From contig JAQGDQ010000305.1 of assembly GCA_030141605.1 (NCBI GenBank), positions 218,563 through 282,562 on the forward strand: a stretch of 64,000 bases of DNA, given 5' to 3'. Below are positions 12,693 through 25,843 of this stretch, piece by piece. This stretch comes from Tubiluchus corallicola (taxonomy: Eukaryota; Animalia; Priapulida). How positions within the stretch are numbered: the stretch's first letter is position 1; every line of letters begins with the position of its first letter. The position numbers were made by a program, and so were the translations under genes. The notes under the pieces were generated by a model. It saw only the letters and a program-made list of their open reading frames with translations. It ran no database searches and had not been told where the DNA came from.

Positions 12693-13116
12693 CCGCCTTA
12701 ATGTACAAAAGATTTATAGTCAACCTATGGAGTTCGCCAGTTAACACAACAAAATAAAAAATATCTGAAATTAGCAAATTTCGCCACAGTTGCTGCAGCA
12801 ATCATAACATCATTATTGTCCTGCCACCTATTGGCAAAAAGTTGACACACTAACCAAGATCTCCAAGAAGCCTAACAAAGTTTATATTTTTCAGTATAGG
12901 TGGCGCGGAAATCAATATTGAAAACAGGAACGCGAAGTAGTAGTAGCTTTATACTAGCTTACGCGTTTACACTTTTCTGGTTCACGTTGGATTTTTCATA
13001 GTTACTCATTTTATTTTGTACCTAATTTTTTAGTTGTGCTTATTGGCTCGCAGATGTTTATTGATTCGCGGTCAAAAGTGATACTTCAATTACTGAGGAA
13101 ATTATTATTTACAATG
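12693..13116. promoter_or_regulatory. Putative bidirectional promoter with the first exons of BTBD3/6 (-) and kindlin (+)
   Basis: Minus-strand donor G|gtaag at 12692 and plus-strand donor ATG|gttagt at 13117; local CpG cluster at 12900-13070; two CTCF-like ATAGGTGGC cores. Confidence 0.55.
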
Positions 13117-13773
13117 GTTAGTGTATTTGCTTAAGTTATAGTTTTACTATATAATAATTTAATATTAATAATATAGTGTTACTTTTTCTAACAAAAAGTA
13201 ATCATTGTTAACTCACCTTTGCAGCTACCGCAATCATTTTTGACACTTGTTATATAGTTTTAATTTTGGTAGCCTTGTGTGTAAGGAAGGCCAAAACAGG
13301 GTTGTATGATACACTAACTTTCTGTAAGTTCGTTTAGCTACACCTTTTTATGCCTTTTGAATTTTATCTATAATCACTATAGCGACACAATACCTTATAT
13401 ACAATATATATACATTGAACAAAAAACATATAGGCATCAACAGCTAAGGATACTAGTATCATGCTGTAGAAAACTCGGTGTTTGCAGACTTGTTTCTCAA
13501 AAATCCAATCTTCAACCCAAAATTCATTGTGCCCTACAAAATCATAGGTTATTATTTACTAAAGTTTCATAATTATTGTTTTGCTTTGTTTCTTAAATGG
13601 TCAAGTTACAGTTAGTTTCTAAGCTACTTCTTTTAAAAACCAATTAAACGAGATATGTTAAAAAAAGATTTTTTTGCGAGTTATTGAACGTTTTACCTTT
13701 GGTACTAAATTGACAATATCTTACTTTTTCAGTGGTAAGTCTAACATTCAGTTTCAAAGAATTATACTCATAG

Positions 13774-13951
13774 ACTGGATTAAAAACTCCAACCAGCAAG
13801 ATGATGGCCGATGGCAGACTCATAGATGGCAGCTGGGAGCTGACTATCTATGTAACAGACCTGGATGTTTCTCGTACACTCCGAGTTACAGGAGACCTAC
13901 ACATAGGGGGTGTTATGCTCAAATTGGTGGAGGACCTACAAAATGATCTTG
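13774..13951 (+). CDS. FERMT2: Kindlin/fermitin (UNC-112-related) first main coding exon (F0)
   Basis: [46 protein letters not shown] from ATG 13801; acceptor catag| at 13773 is in frame with an ATG-only upstream exon (13114-13116); donor G|gtaag. Confidence 0.92.
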
Positions 13952-14469
13952 GTAAGCTGTGCAGGAAGTCTTAGTTTGGAAAACCTTTATTTATGGTTAA
14001 AGGAAAGAACAAGTCCCTCAGTATGTTGGGTTTGTTTTATCGAACATTATCACTTTAACTCTCATTATCATTTATAATATCTTACTACCCCTAAATAGAA
14101 ATTTTCATGGGTGGCAATTGTCATTCACTTGAAAATCATGACATAACTGGGAGATTTTATTTAAAACAATTATTTACAACAATTGTACAATGTTAGATGA
14201 CAGGTTGAAATACAATAATAAATTTGTGAGACGTCATATTGAGTTACAGTCATAAATGTTAGTACTAATTTTTCTATTTATCTGTGCACAGTTTCATATT
14301 ATATAAATACTCTCTAAATTGCCTATACATTGGCTACAAATTGCTTATAAACATGTTTGAAATTGTTATAACTGGGAAAAAACCTGTTCCAACCATTTCA
14401 CACACTAGACAGTTTTTTCCCCAAGGACCTACTTCCTGCCTACACTCTTATACTACCATTTAGATAACT

Positions 14470-14720
14470 ACGATGACAGTAGTGATTCACTTGGCTTTAA
14501 AGTTATTCATTACAATTAAGCTACAGAAGTTTACATTCCTACAGTACTTGGAATACTTCTTAACTAGCTTCCAGTAGAATAATGTACAATGATTGTCCAA
14601 TCGGAAAGATGTTTCCGACAATGTTGAAGATTCTGGAATTTGGCTTTCTTTGCTGCACAATATGTTGAGGATTCTGGCATCTAGAGCTATCCTCATTAGT
14701 AGCCTAGCTATACTCATTTA
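14470..14720 (-). mobile_element. Degraded CR1-like LINE 3' remnant
   Basis: Decayed ...KLVKKYSKYCRNVNFCS...NNFKAK, resembling the CR1 3' end. Confidence 0.35.
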
Positions 14721-15390
14721 GCAGATTTTTTTAATTAGAGTAGTTCCAAATTAACATATGAAATATTTGTGCATAGTCGATTACCTATAATGGTTGATCT
14801 TGTGTGCATTGAGGCACTGACTTTAATAAGTTGGACTGCTAATAATTCCTTTATTATGCAAAATCAGGCAATTCCTTGTGCATAACTGTAATCTATAAAT
14901 ATAGTTGTTGGTATGCTGGGCAGGGGGTGATGAGCCACATACAATGTATAGTATGTACAGACTTTATCTTGGCTGTGTAGTGCTCCTTAAATGAGAATTT
15001 ATATTTTTGTGATAGTTTTTGTGAGACGTCTGTGATAATCAGGGTAACAGGAAAAGGCCAAAAAAATCTGTTCTTGGGGTCCATTGTTCAATTTCTTGAA
15101 GCTTGGAATTAAGTTTGCGATTGTCAGACATATTCTGACAATGCCCATCAAAAAGTTCAACAAGACTTCAAAAATTAAGTGTAATAGTTTATAATGTGTC
15201 AAAAAAGCATTTGAGACAACAAGTGTAAAAAACAGAGGTTAATCTTAGTTCTATTGGAATGATTTTCATCAAAAAAGAGGGTTAAACTTTTTGTTATGAG
15301 ACAAATGAACAAGATTTTCTTCTTCGTCTGTTGCTGTAAATATCTATTGTAAACATTGAGCCTCCATCTGTTACTAGAATGCCACTTGTT

Positions 15391-16295
15391 GGGCACCGAG
15401 TAACTCACTAACCGAAGTAGGGTACTCGTACATGGGCTAGCCCAAGTAGGATGTGTCGTACATGGGCTAACCACGTAGGACACTAGAGACAGGTCGCGAA
15501 TTGAGTCGTTAAGCTTACTGGCACTGTCCGTTGTCCTTGTTTATGTAATAATAATAATTAAAAACGTCAATACACGTTGAATAATTTATTATACAACTGA
15601 TAAAATAAAAGAATTTTATTCTGAGCTGGTAGAACGTACAATATTAAATTTGGTTTCGATATTAATGTTGTTGAAGTGAAATAAACCCAGTTTTTAGGCG
15701 CTTTCAACATTTGTTTAAGGTACATAATTTTTTATTTTGTCTCGCGGCACAGACAGGTGATCCATTTCACTACCTCTGGGACATATAATTGTTTTCTCCT
15801 AAGTAAACGTTTAGCGATCTATGTGCCCTACATGGGCTAGCGAGCGATGTATGACAGTGCCCTACATGTTGCAATACTATTGATATTATTAAAATTAATT
15901 GTCTTTGCTTTTCCTAAATGTTAAAAATTACTTTTTCGTGTTGTGAAGGCTTAGCAACATCTGTCTCATTTTTAAACTTACAATTATTTCTGTAATAACT
16001 GTGTGCATAGTTTCTCTCTTTAAAACATTAGATACTTAGTTTAATGTTATGACGATATTAATGGAGCTAATAATAATAATGACGATATTATTATAAAAAT
16101 ACATTTGTAAATTGCCAAGGATTTTCCATCATTATTATAAAGTTACTTTTTTTGATTTGACAAAATTATCGATTCTCGACAAAAATCGCTAATGTCCTAC
16201 TTGGGCTGCCCTGGTACGACACTGCTTTTCTGCAAATTTAGCACATGCGTTTTACCGGGAGTGCCCTACTTCGGCTAGTGGGTTACTCGGCGCCC
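15391..16295. mobile_element. Non-autonomous DNA transposon (MITE) with about 37-bp TIRs and subterminal tacatgggcta repeats
   Basis: gggcaccgagtaactcactaaccgaagtagggtactc vs reverse complement of the right end gggcgccgagtaacccactagccgaagtagggcactc; GGG...CCC termini; superfamily uncertain. Confidence 0.8.
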
Positions 16296-16319
16296 TACAT
16301 TACACCACTGTTTCAGTCT

Positions 16320-16800
16320 GTAACTAAAGTTTTCAACTCCTATGATACTTATAATTGGTTCACTTGGTCTCAGCTTTTGTAAATCTTTATTAATTTTTGA
16401 TATCCAACTTATTTTTTTGCCTGGAGGTCGTTTAGCAGGTTTTAGTCATTTAGTGCCTCGTTAAATACTAACCTTACTGGCGTTGTTTCTGGCAATCTCA
16501 TTAAATAGACTTCTGATTCTAGTTTTAGCGCTCCAAAGTTCCTCTTTGGTTAAGTTGTAGTTATACAGCTACTCAAATGACATACGACCATTTTATTTTT
16601 AAGATTTTTCGGAGCAGACCTCTGTGGACTACATCTATTTCCTGTATTGCATTAACATCCCACATTTCACTGTTGTACATGAAGATATTAGTTACACATT
16701 CATGGAAGAGTCATAGCGTTTTTGAAAAGATTAGAATTAATTTATTCTGGGCAGTACCTCACGGCTTTCACTAAAATTCGCAGTTCATTCATTTTGCACG
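16320..16800 (-). mobile_element. RTE-type LINE RT C-terminal remnant
   Basis: IFMYNSEMWDVNAIQEIDVVHRGLLRKILKIKWSYVI and downstream PAKRPPGKK.SW match RTE motifs (LLYGSETW...LRRILKIKW; KRPRGRP..W). Confidence 0.7.
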
Positions 16801-18140
16801 TTCTAATTTACCATGGCAGTTCTCTCCGAGCTACAGACAGCTCAGTCATACTACACCAGAATCTTTTCATAAACATCGATTCTTAAAAAAGCAATGTACT
16901 GTAACTTAGACACGTATGCTAAGACCCTCTGGGGTTCGCTGGCCCTATTTTAGTGCTTAAGACTGATGTTTTTAACGATGTATACAGATCTGTTTTTGTT
17001 TACTTTTCCCAGCTCGCTGTACTTGATGCGCATTGCTTGGCTTAACGTTGTAAGTTTGCTAAGGCAAGCAGAAACCAATCTCAATTCTCACTGCCTTTGT
17101 ATTAATTTGTAATGAGTTGCACCCCCATATAACCAAAGTGGAAAATTTTCTTTAAAAAATTAGACATTTTTCTGATAATTGTAATGCTAATATCTATTTG
17201 CCTTTGAGAGACTTCAGAAAAGAATTGCGTGATTGTTTAATGTTTATGAAAGACTAACTGGCGTATGTGCATGCTGTTGCGGTAGACTGAGAAAACGTAG
17301 TTTGCAAATTTTTGTGATACATTGGAAACAGAACTTTTTTCAGTCTTTAGGTACATTGCTTTGAAAAATATGACAAATTTCCAGTCTTTAGTTTAACTAG
17401 AATGTCCATTTCCACTGCTTTGCTAGGTCAGCGTATGCTTTCCCATATAATTTATAAAGAAGTGAAGCTGGTAAACGTGCGATTTAAGCGTTTATATATT
17501 TTATTACGTTATGTTTCTTAAATTTTTATAGAGCTTATTGAAATATAGATTTTATTTCAATAAAGATAAATCACAATGAAACAACGCTCTATTAGATAGA
17601 AAGTTATTCAGAACTAGTTTTATTTTTTAACCCTTGTCTCAGAGCTTTTACGTAGGAAACACTTTTCTTCTGAATGTAACTATATTGTGTATCAATTCAA
17701 TTCAAAGTGAGTTCAATAGGAGTGTCAAAAGACTGTGTTCTCTGGTTTCCCTATCATAGTAAATGCTGGGTTCTGGACAGAACCCACATTCCTGTAAAAT
17801 TTCTTCATATGGTATGTGATTGTTTTATATAATTCCTTCTACAACCCAACACTCAGTGACAGCTGGACTGTGCCCACTTAGTATGGGTAAATGAAGCAGG
17901 ACTGGAACCTTTTCATTGTCAAGGCTAATCCTCTAGGTTGAGACACTACAGTGGAAAAGTCGACTCAGCCAGATTCAGATGTGAATGCAGCCTCCCTTAG
18001 CGAGCCAAACGTTCAGAATCAGTATGGTTCAGAGTAGAAATCGAATTTAGTGGTTGCCTGAATTTTTCTCTGAAGTTATAATTATTGCAAGTTACGAATT
18101 CTTACGGTATTTTTTCCATCATCATGCACACGCACGCTTG

Positions 18141-18164
18141 CACACACACACACACACACTCACA

Positions 18165-18222
<58 letters not shown>
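18141..18222. repeat. (CA)n microsatellite
   Basis: About 40 CA units with two CT interruptions. Confidence 0.97.
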
Positions 18223-18223
<1 letters not shown>

Positions 18224-21200
18224 GTTCAGCCATTCAAAAATGTCTATGTCTATGTCATATTTCTTTGGCAGTCTTTTTTCATTTGTCTTCTTTATTCTAT
18301 TAACCTCTGTTATTATATAGTCTATAATTATATAGCCAAAAACTCTGCAATAGGTAGCGGTGACGTCAAATATAAAATATGTTTATCATTTGTTAGTCAT
18401 AGTTATACTTAAGTAAAAGGTTTCGCTTGTCATATAACACTTGAAAACGAGACAGAGGGAACAGATTTCTTTCACTTCAAAAAGTTTACAAGGTAAAAAA
18501 CCTGTTGTACTACCTGATAAAAAGACCATCTATTTGGAAAATGACTGGGGCTTATTTTTGGGTGGGTTTTAGCTGCGAGGTGTGGCACACGCTTGAATTC
18601 CTTGAAGTTGATGAGGCATGAAAATAATGCAATGTTTGACCTGAATTGAGTTTACCTGGTGGGCATGCTGATAGGTATGGTAGTGGAAACGCCCTCTTGT
18701 AGTACTACAACGTGCTATTTGCATAAGCGTGGGATTGTATATGTTTACTGAGCAAAGCTTGGACATGCTCCTAATTTTACACGTATATACTGACCTTCGA
18801 ATTTTATTGTTAGAGATTTATAACTTGTGTGTAGCAAACTTCTCACTCAAGCAGCTAACTTTTTACACCGAGCAGCTTGTTTAATATTCAAGTAATCAAC
18901 TAAATAACTGATAAATTAATTAAAACCCAACAATTGGTAGTGCTGATTGTGCAATATTCTCTGAGTGCATGGAGGGCACGTTTGGACTCATAAACAGTTT
19001 AATTTATTGTACGACTCTAAATAATCTATTTACTTTGTTTATTTTCTACTTTCGGTTCTATTATTGAAAAATTTAGCAGCTTCTGCTACTTTCTTATTTG
19101 TGATATGTACGTTATCGAATATCTATATCTGTGGTTATCAACTTTCAAATAGGGGTTACTGGAGTGTAGCTAAAGCTCGTTAAAACTGTTTGTTAAGGTT
19201 TATGACAGCTTTAAACCATCCATCTCTCTCTCTCTATCCAGCGTTGTCTTGTTTGCATCCATCGAAAGATCCAGCTAATAAAGGCGAAGCGAACTTTGGG
19301 GGACACATGTTTTGACTTTATCCAGTCTCTCTTGACCACACTAGCAGCTGTTGATGATGTACTGGGTACAGCAAGACAGCGTGACTGAAAATAAACAGAG
19401 GCCACGGACAGTTTTGTAGACAGTGACACGTGTCATTCATCCACTTCAATCTGTTGTCAGTTTACAATCTACAGCCTTGTTTTCATATGTTCCAGTGGCC
19501 ATCCGTTTTGTGCATCGCGCCTTTTCCCGGCTAGCCTGCGCTGTCTTCTCTGGGCCCTTATTCCAAAAAAGTCTCAAAAGTGATTGTATTTCAAAAAGTC
19601 TGGGGACGGTTGAATAGCCGAGTGATCATTGTGTATGATCGAAGTTAAGTAACGCTGAACCTCATCCGAGGATGGATGGTTGTTTGCCTGGCTCAATACG
19701 CATTCTTGGCGGTTTCGTCTGCTGTATGGGCATTTAGTATTTAGCTATGTGTAGAAAATGGTTATTGTTAAATCAATACATGTCATAGTTTGTCAGATGA
19801 GTTGCATAAAAGCTTAATATTGCTATTTGAGGAAACATGACCTTCACAGCATGACCGTATTTTAAAGCTTGGTTGCATTTGGTAAAACGATGTTAAATTA
19901 GCGCTGGCCAGTGGCTACAGTTTGATATCAAAGTAAGTTGCTGAAATGCCTCGTTTGGCGGCTTTTTACTGCTATTGCTACTGGTGAACCGTTGTGGCTA
20001 CGGCTGCTGTTGCTGCTACTGCTGTTGTAAGGATCATGGATTGTATGTACTAGTGCGTGTTGGCCGAAGGTTGAAGTTTGATAAAGGAAACTTGAACCCT
20101 TTCAGCTTGATTTGATTGGGCTGATGGAAAGAGCTTCAGTGGCGTCATATAAAACAGTACAATCTTCATCGTTTCGACGACATGTTACTGTTAGTTCACA
20201 AACTCCTTTGCGCGCTTAACAAATTGCTTCAAAATTAACCGCACGGACGACAAAAAAACATAGCAGGAGTTTTGTTTAGTGTGTTTATGTGTAGACAGTG
20301 GGAATTGAATTACTAAACAACACTACCCGTCAATCAACATTATTGATCACAACATGTGGCTAGTGTATTTTCAGAATATTTTATCTCTTGAACAGGCAAC
20401 CCTGTTACACGCTGAGTGAGAATTCATCATTTTAATAAAATTAACTTTGAATCGACCGCCTTGATAATTTAATAGAAATGGCAGCTTTTTCGTTTACCAC
20501 GCGGATTAATAAATGGGGGCAAAAAATTCTTTTAGTGTTGTTTAAGTTGCAGTGTCATGATTAGCCTTTGTAATAGAAAGACCTGTGTTCGAACCATGAC
20601 GGAGGAAATTACACTCCTTCAGACAATTCTATTCTTCAGACAAAAATATGTCGACCACAGTTTTTATATTATTTTTATTATTAAAATTTATTGACCTTAT
20701 AAGATTATCAATAAAACAAAATCAAATATACAATGTAATACGTTATACATACATACACAAATTATGAAACAAGACTACTAGCTCACAAATTTCAAATACA
20801 CAACACCTCATCACTATTGGCACTAGCAGCAGATGATTACAAAAGTTTCCAAGAAATAACATGAAAGTCCAGTACTAAACAAATTGAGCTCATAAAATCT
20901 GATGGAAAAATTAATTACGGCGATTGATTAAGACACGTAATTTAAGAGCAGACAAGAGATAAATCACATTTGAACAAGTCACATATAGTATCAAAGTTCA
21001 TGTTAAAGAGAGAATTCAAGTTCAAGTTTATAAACATTGTTTCAAAACTTCACTTTTAGAGTCTATATCTTATTCACAGATATTATCACACAGTTGAAGC
21101 TCAGGTATGTTGTCCACCTGCCAAGTTTTATGTCTTTGCTTTAGGCTATATTATTGGACTACTGTCTGATCATAACAATTTCTCCATAAACTTACCCGTA

Positions 21201-21784
21201 TAAACATTGAGTTTATTATTGGTGTCTCGTGGCATGCGCTTTAAAAATGTAATTTATTGACATATCAGACACTGCATGAAAAATTGTTTCTGGTGTTCAA
21301 GATTTATAGTTTTATTATATGGATTCATGGTCACTGTGTGGAATGTTGCGTCTAGTAGTTTCACTGGAATTGTTATTATAAATCTGTATTTTTTACACAA
21401 TTCGGCAAACTGCAAACCGAAATACGGTCTCAACCACAGGACCTACTAAATTTCAGATGGTGTTGTGGCTGGGCTGCAAATTGTCTCATTACTAAGACTT
21501 ATCCTCCAAAAAGAGATGTAAACTAAACCGTCAGAGCAGTCTTAGTTCTGTTTAGTTCTCTGGTTCAAAACCAGTGGCTGCTAGCACACATTTATATAGT
21601 CTTATATAATCATATATAAGCTATATAGAATTTATAGTCATATATCAGCCACCAACGCAGTTTAATAGTGTCTTTGTCAAGACTATTTTAGTCTTTGAAA
21701 TTGATCAGATTTAGTGTGTATTTGATGTTTTTCTTTTTTTATAAAATGACGGTGACTGCAGACATTAATCTTAAATAAAAGACC

Positions 21785-21785
<1 letters not shown>

Positions 21786-21860
<75 letters not shown>
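21786..21860. repeat. (TTA)n microsatellite
   Basis: About 25 perfect TTA units. Confidence 0.97.
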
Positions 21861-21863
<3 letters not shown>

Positions 21864-23395
21864 GTTACATATATACATGTCATTCGTTATATATGTGTTG
21901 CGTCTTTATACTTGTGTAGTGGAAGTCACTTGTTAAATGAGTGACGGCAAAGTGCTAGTGATAGCCTATCTTACTGTCACTTCAATCAAGTTTTTATACC
22001 GTACTATATTGTGGGACGAAAACATGATTTAAGTAACAGTGAGATAAATAAAAAAAATGGTATTTTTAATTAGGACGCGTCTTGTTTTCAGCTATTCCAA
22101 ACTTTTGGCATTTGTGGAGTTTTGTTATTTATAATTCCCATTAATTTATATATTGATATAAACCCCAGTTTAACTAGTTGGTGTAGTAAATAATTATATT
22201 TGTAATTTGCTTAGCTTTAACATTAAACTGCCCCATAACTACGTAAACTTTATGTTTTTATTCTCTAACATTGAAAGGCGATAAGGGCTAATAAAAGTTT
22301 ATAGCTGTAGGCGCCGATTAGTTAGAAACCATTTAGTACCCTTGCGACGTTCACAATCTGTTGCCATGTTAATGTGTGTAATTAGTTTAAGTGCAGAGCC
22401 CCAATATAATGCGGAATAGGTGCTGCAAATTAAAGATAAGTGCTAAAGCATGTCATAATCGTCTCTTTCTCTCTACTGCACGGTTAGTGGTCTAGAATAA
22501 GTTGTAAAACGTGTTTGATGAGAAGATTGTTTAATTTTGCTTTTGAGATAGTGATTGAAGCTTTATGATACAATTTGCCTTATATATTAGCTTGGAACGG
22601 ACTATCAGAGAATTTTTTTCATGAAAACGGACTATTATGAAAACAAATCTTTTTTTCCATTTTCTTGAAGTTTGAAAACGTTTTGGACTTTTAGTAGAAG
22701 CAAATGAATGTTCCGTGTAAAATACGGTAATGTAAGCATTCTGAGCAGATTTTGTGCTTTTGATTGTTTCCTCAATGAACATTCCTACTTAATGGAGACT
22801 GGATACCGTGAAATTCTGTGTTGATATTGAAAGCCGTTTTGCTGTAGTAATTTATGGATTTTAATGTTGGAGTCGATACGTTCATTACACGCTAGCAAGC
22901 TTCTCTTTTTGGCATTCCTCTCTCATCAGGGAGTGTAACTCATCATGTATGCTTCTCTGAGTTTAGCAATATAAATGGTTCGCATGATTTACAATGTGCT
23001 TACAGATGCTTTTTGATGAGGCGGCTTCCTGTAATAATTTCTCTTCTTGGGCGTTAGCGATGCAGCATGAAAAACTTGGCTTCAGCAGAAATCAGTTACA
23101 TTAGCAGCTGACGATTAGGTTGTTCGTGTTTATACAAACCTTCCCGTATAAGTCCTCTTGATATCTTTCGTTATTTGGCCTTCTGTGTATTTGATCATAG
23201 TCAATAAACTAATTAACTAGGCATGATAATTAATGACTACATTTGGAATTTTCCAAACTGCTATAATAGATGGAATGTTATTCTTTAAGCGCTTGGTTAG
23301 TCTGTACAAACTTTCAAAAGTATCAGGTTTATAGTACGTTTAACTTTAACACAGTCATTTGGTGCTAAAGTTTATTTCTGCGCCGCTGATTCTAA

Positions 23396-23605
23396 AGTAC
23401 GTTTACTTGGCATCCGGAATGCGTTATGCGTTATCCACCTGCGGAATAGCTGCACATAAAAAATGAATAGTAAATTGCTGCAGAAAAAAATAACGCATAA
23501 CGTAGGTTTGATAAACGGGTACATTGAAAGCAATATAAATCGATTTTGTCTATTCGGCATCCCCATATCGTATATACGTATTACGGATGCCAGGTAAACG
23601 CCACT
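23396..23605. mobile_element. PIF/Harbinger-like MITE
   Basis: TIRs agtacgtttacttggcatccggaatgcgt / acgtattacggatgccaggtaaacgccact, flanked by TAA; second copy at 56069-56220. Confidence 0.8.
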
Positions 23606-24100
23606 TAAGATGTATTTTCATGTTTGTGGACTATGCGTGTTTATGATTGCAGAAAATATAAAAAAATAACTTTGTTGTCATCACATAAAGGTTTCTGGTA
23701 TTCAGTAGTACTCGTGTCTTGACCAGTTTTTTGGCTTAATTAGACTGTTAACCTGGTGCTTCGAAGTTGTGCTATAATACTCTGATACAAATAACGGCAG
23801 AGTAATATGCCACAAAACTGATTAGAATACGATTACAATGTACTTAGCATTATGCCTGAACAAAACAAAAAGATTTTAAGATTAAAAACTCGTATATAAC
23901 GCTTCAGCTGTTTGTGGATGATCCAGTTAAGCCAGAACGGGAATGTTAATTGGAAGAAACAGGCTTGTTCATAATTTCTGCAGAGCATAGTTGTTCTAGC
24001 TGTTGTCCCTTTTTACTAAGATTTACTAATCTATATTCAAGCTTTTGGCATCTAAGAATTGTAATGTAGTAGTAATGGTAATCCATATTACTTGTTTCAG

Positions 24101-24234
24101 AAATCAAGGTTGATTGGTCTGACCATGCTCTCTGGTGGCCGCAGCGGAACATGTGGTTGTCACGGACACGAACGACGCTGGACCAATATGGAGTGCAAGC
24201 GGATGCTCAGTTACAATTTACACCAATGCATAAA
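24101..24234 (+). CDS. FERMT2: Kindlin exon (F0)
   Basis: tttcag|AA...AAA|gtatg; [44 protein letters not shown]. Confidence 0.95.
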
Positions 24235-24785
24235 GTATGACAAGTTCCCAATAATTCAAGACAATGTGATTTTTTTAGAGTCAAGCAACTGGAAATATAT
24301 GGATTGTGTTACTGTTGTCTATGACGTAATTAAACATTGCCGTACTAGTAATTGCATGTTGCCCATTTTTAGCCAAATCCAACACTTACAAAATTCTTAA
24401 CTGCATGAAACATAAATTTGAATCCCAGATGGGATAATTAATCAATCTTTTTCTTTGTTAAAGCTAAATATTTATGGGGCAGACCACTGCTGGCTCGCTG
24501 TCTTGTAAAGTTCAGCTCCGTTGATAATGAGCTATCTTCTGATCACCCCACAATCATTCCCATTAGGAAACCCTTGTCTCCGATTGGTAGCAACTGGCTG
24601 TCGGAATGATGAACTGTATAAATCAAGTCCCGCGAATGTAGTAGTTTTCTCACTTCTTATCCCAATGATGTGTAAAAGTTTGGAAATTCTGTGTTAGAAG
24701 ACATACGAGATCATAACGACACAGCTCATTGTACTAGCTGATGTTTCACCAACAACTATGCTGCAGTTTTCTTGTTGTTCTATAG

Positions 24786-24885
24786 GTCATAAAGATTCAG
24801 CTGCCAGATCTTCAGTATGTCGACATGCGGATGGACGTCTCCGTTCGAGTCTTTTCCACAGTCATCACTTTGTGTAAACAGCTGG
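24786..24885 (+). CDS. FERMT2: Kindlin exon (F1)
   Basis: tatag|GTC...G|gtaag; VIKIQLPDLQYVDMRMDVSVRVFSTVITLCKQL. Confidence 0.93.
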
Positions 24886-25652
24886 GTAAGCTACTCGTAC
24901 GTGTTTTTCTAAAAATACCAGGCTTAGAAGCCTACCCGTTACATCAGTTTTTTGTTTATGTGCTCTCTTGCTCAGTCATGCACGGCCATGGTTATGGTAG
25001 GGGCATGGGTTGATAAGTCGATGTACAAAGTTGATATACAGTCAATGGCAATTGCAGAAGGAAGCTGAAACTAAGCAGTCATTGTCACCTGCCCCTAACA
25101 GTAACACCTTGATTTCACATGTGTTAAATGTGAAAAAGCCTGCAAAATGGTTAATATTCAGAGACTTAGAGATTCTGTAAATAGTCCAACTTTGACTGAT
25201 TTTATGGCGAAATGGTTGATACTCATAGAGACTCTGTAAATAGTCTAACATTGTCTCATTTTATGCTAATATTAATGGCTTTGAGAATTTCTTATGCCGT
25301 GGAAGAAAAAAAAGTACAAAAAGGAGTTATAGCTTTTGTATATTTATCTGTTTGTGGGAGTCGAACTAGGCATTATCCAGATGTGAAGTGAGTTTTCAAT
25401 TAATTGACCCACTTTGCGAGAACTTTTTTAATTGACTTATTGATTGACCAGTTGTCTTTCACAAGTCTTTTCTATTATAAAACAGCTAGTATTGTAATGC
25501 ATTTGTTTGGTTTTGTTTTACCTGAAGTTGGCATTTTTGTTTAGTTGACTGAATTATGATGATTGATTAATTTACAACAAGTTAATAGTAATGATTTCCA
25601 ATTAAAACTTAAACTCAACTTTGGTTCTTTACAGTGGTTTGTGTTATTTTAG

Positions 25653-25843
25653 GTATCCGTCACCCAGAGGAACTTTCTTTGCTCCGTCTGTACGACGAAA
25701 AGACGATACGAAAAGGAGGTAAACCAGAAAATAAGCAGTATGACCGCACACACAACCGTGATTTAAACATGAGTGCAACTAGCCAGGGATCCATACCTCG
25801 CACTCCGGGTACTCCGGCTACCGGCACACCCATTACTCCTCAG
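25653..25843 (+). CDS. FERMT2: Kindlin exon (F1 and start of F1 loop)
   Basis: tttag|GT...CAG|gtatt; GIRHPEELSLLR...RTPGTPATGTPITPQ. Confidence 0.92.

Noticed and set aside
12723-12805. ATG-initiated frame in the BTBD3/6 upstream exon as an N-terminal extension
   Set aside because: It hits TAG before the donor; at most a uORF.
18054-18320. His/Thr-rich ORFs
   Set aside because: Translation of the (CA)n microsatellite.
21683-21883. Poly-Asn ORF
   Set aside because: Translation of the (TTA)n microsatellite.
23010-23112. Possible box C/D snoRNA (TGATGA...CTGA) in a kindlin intron
   Set aside because: Box C is imperfect, there is no terminal stem, and I recognise no rRNA guide sequence.
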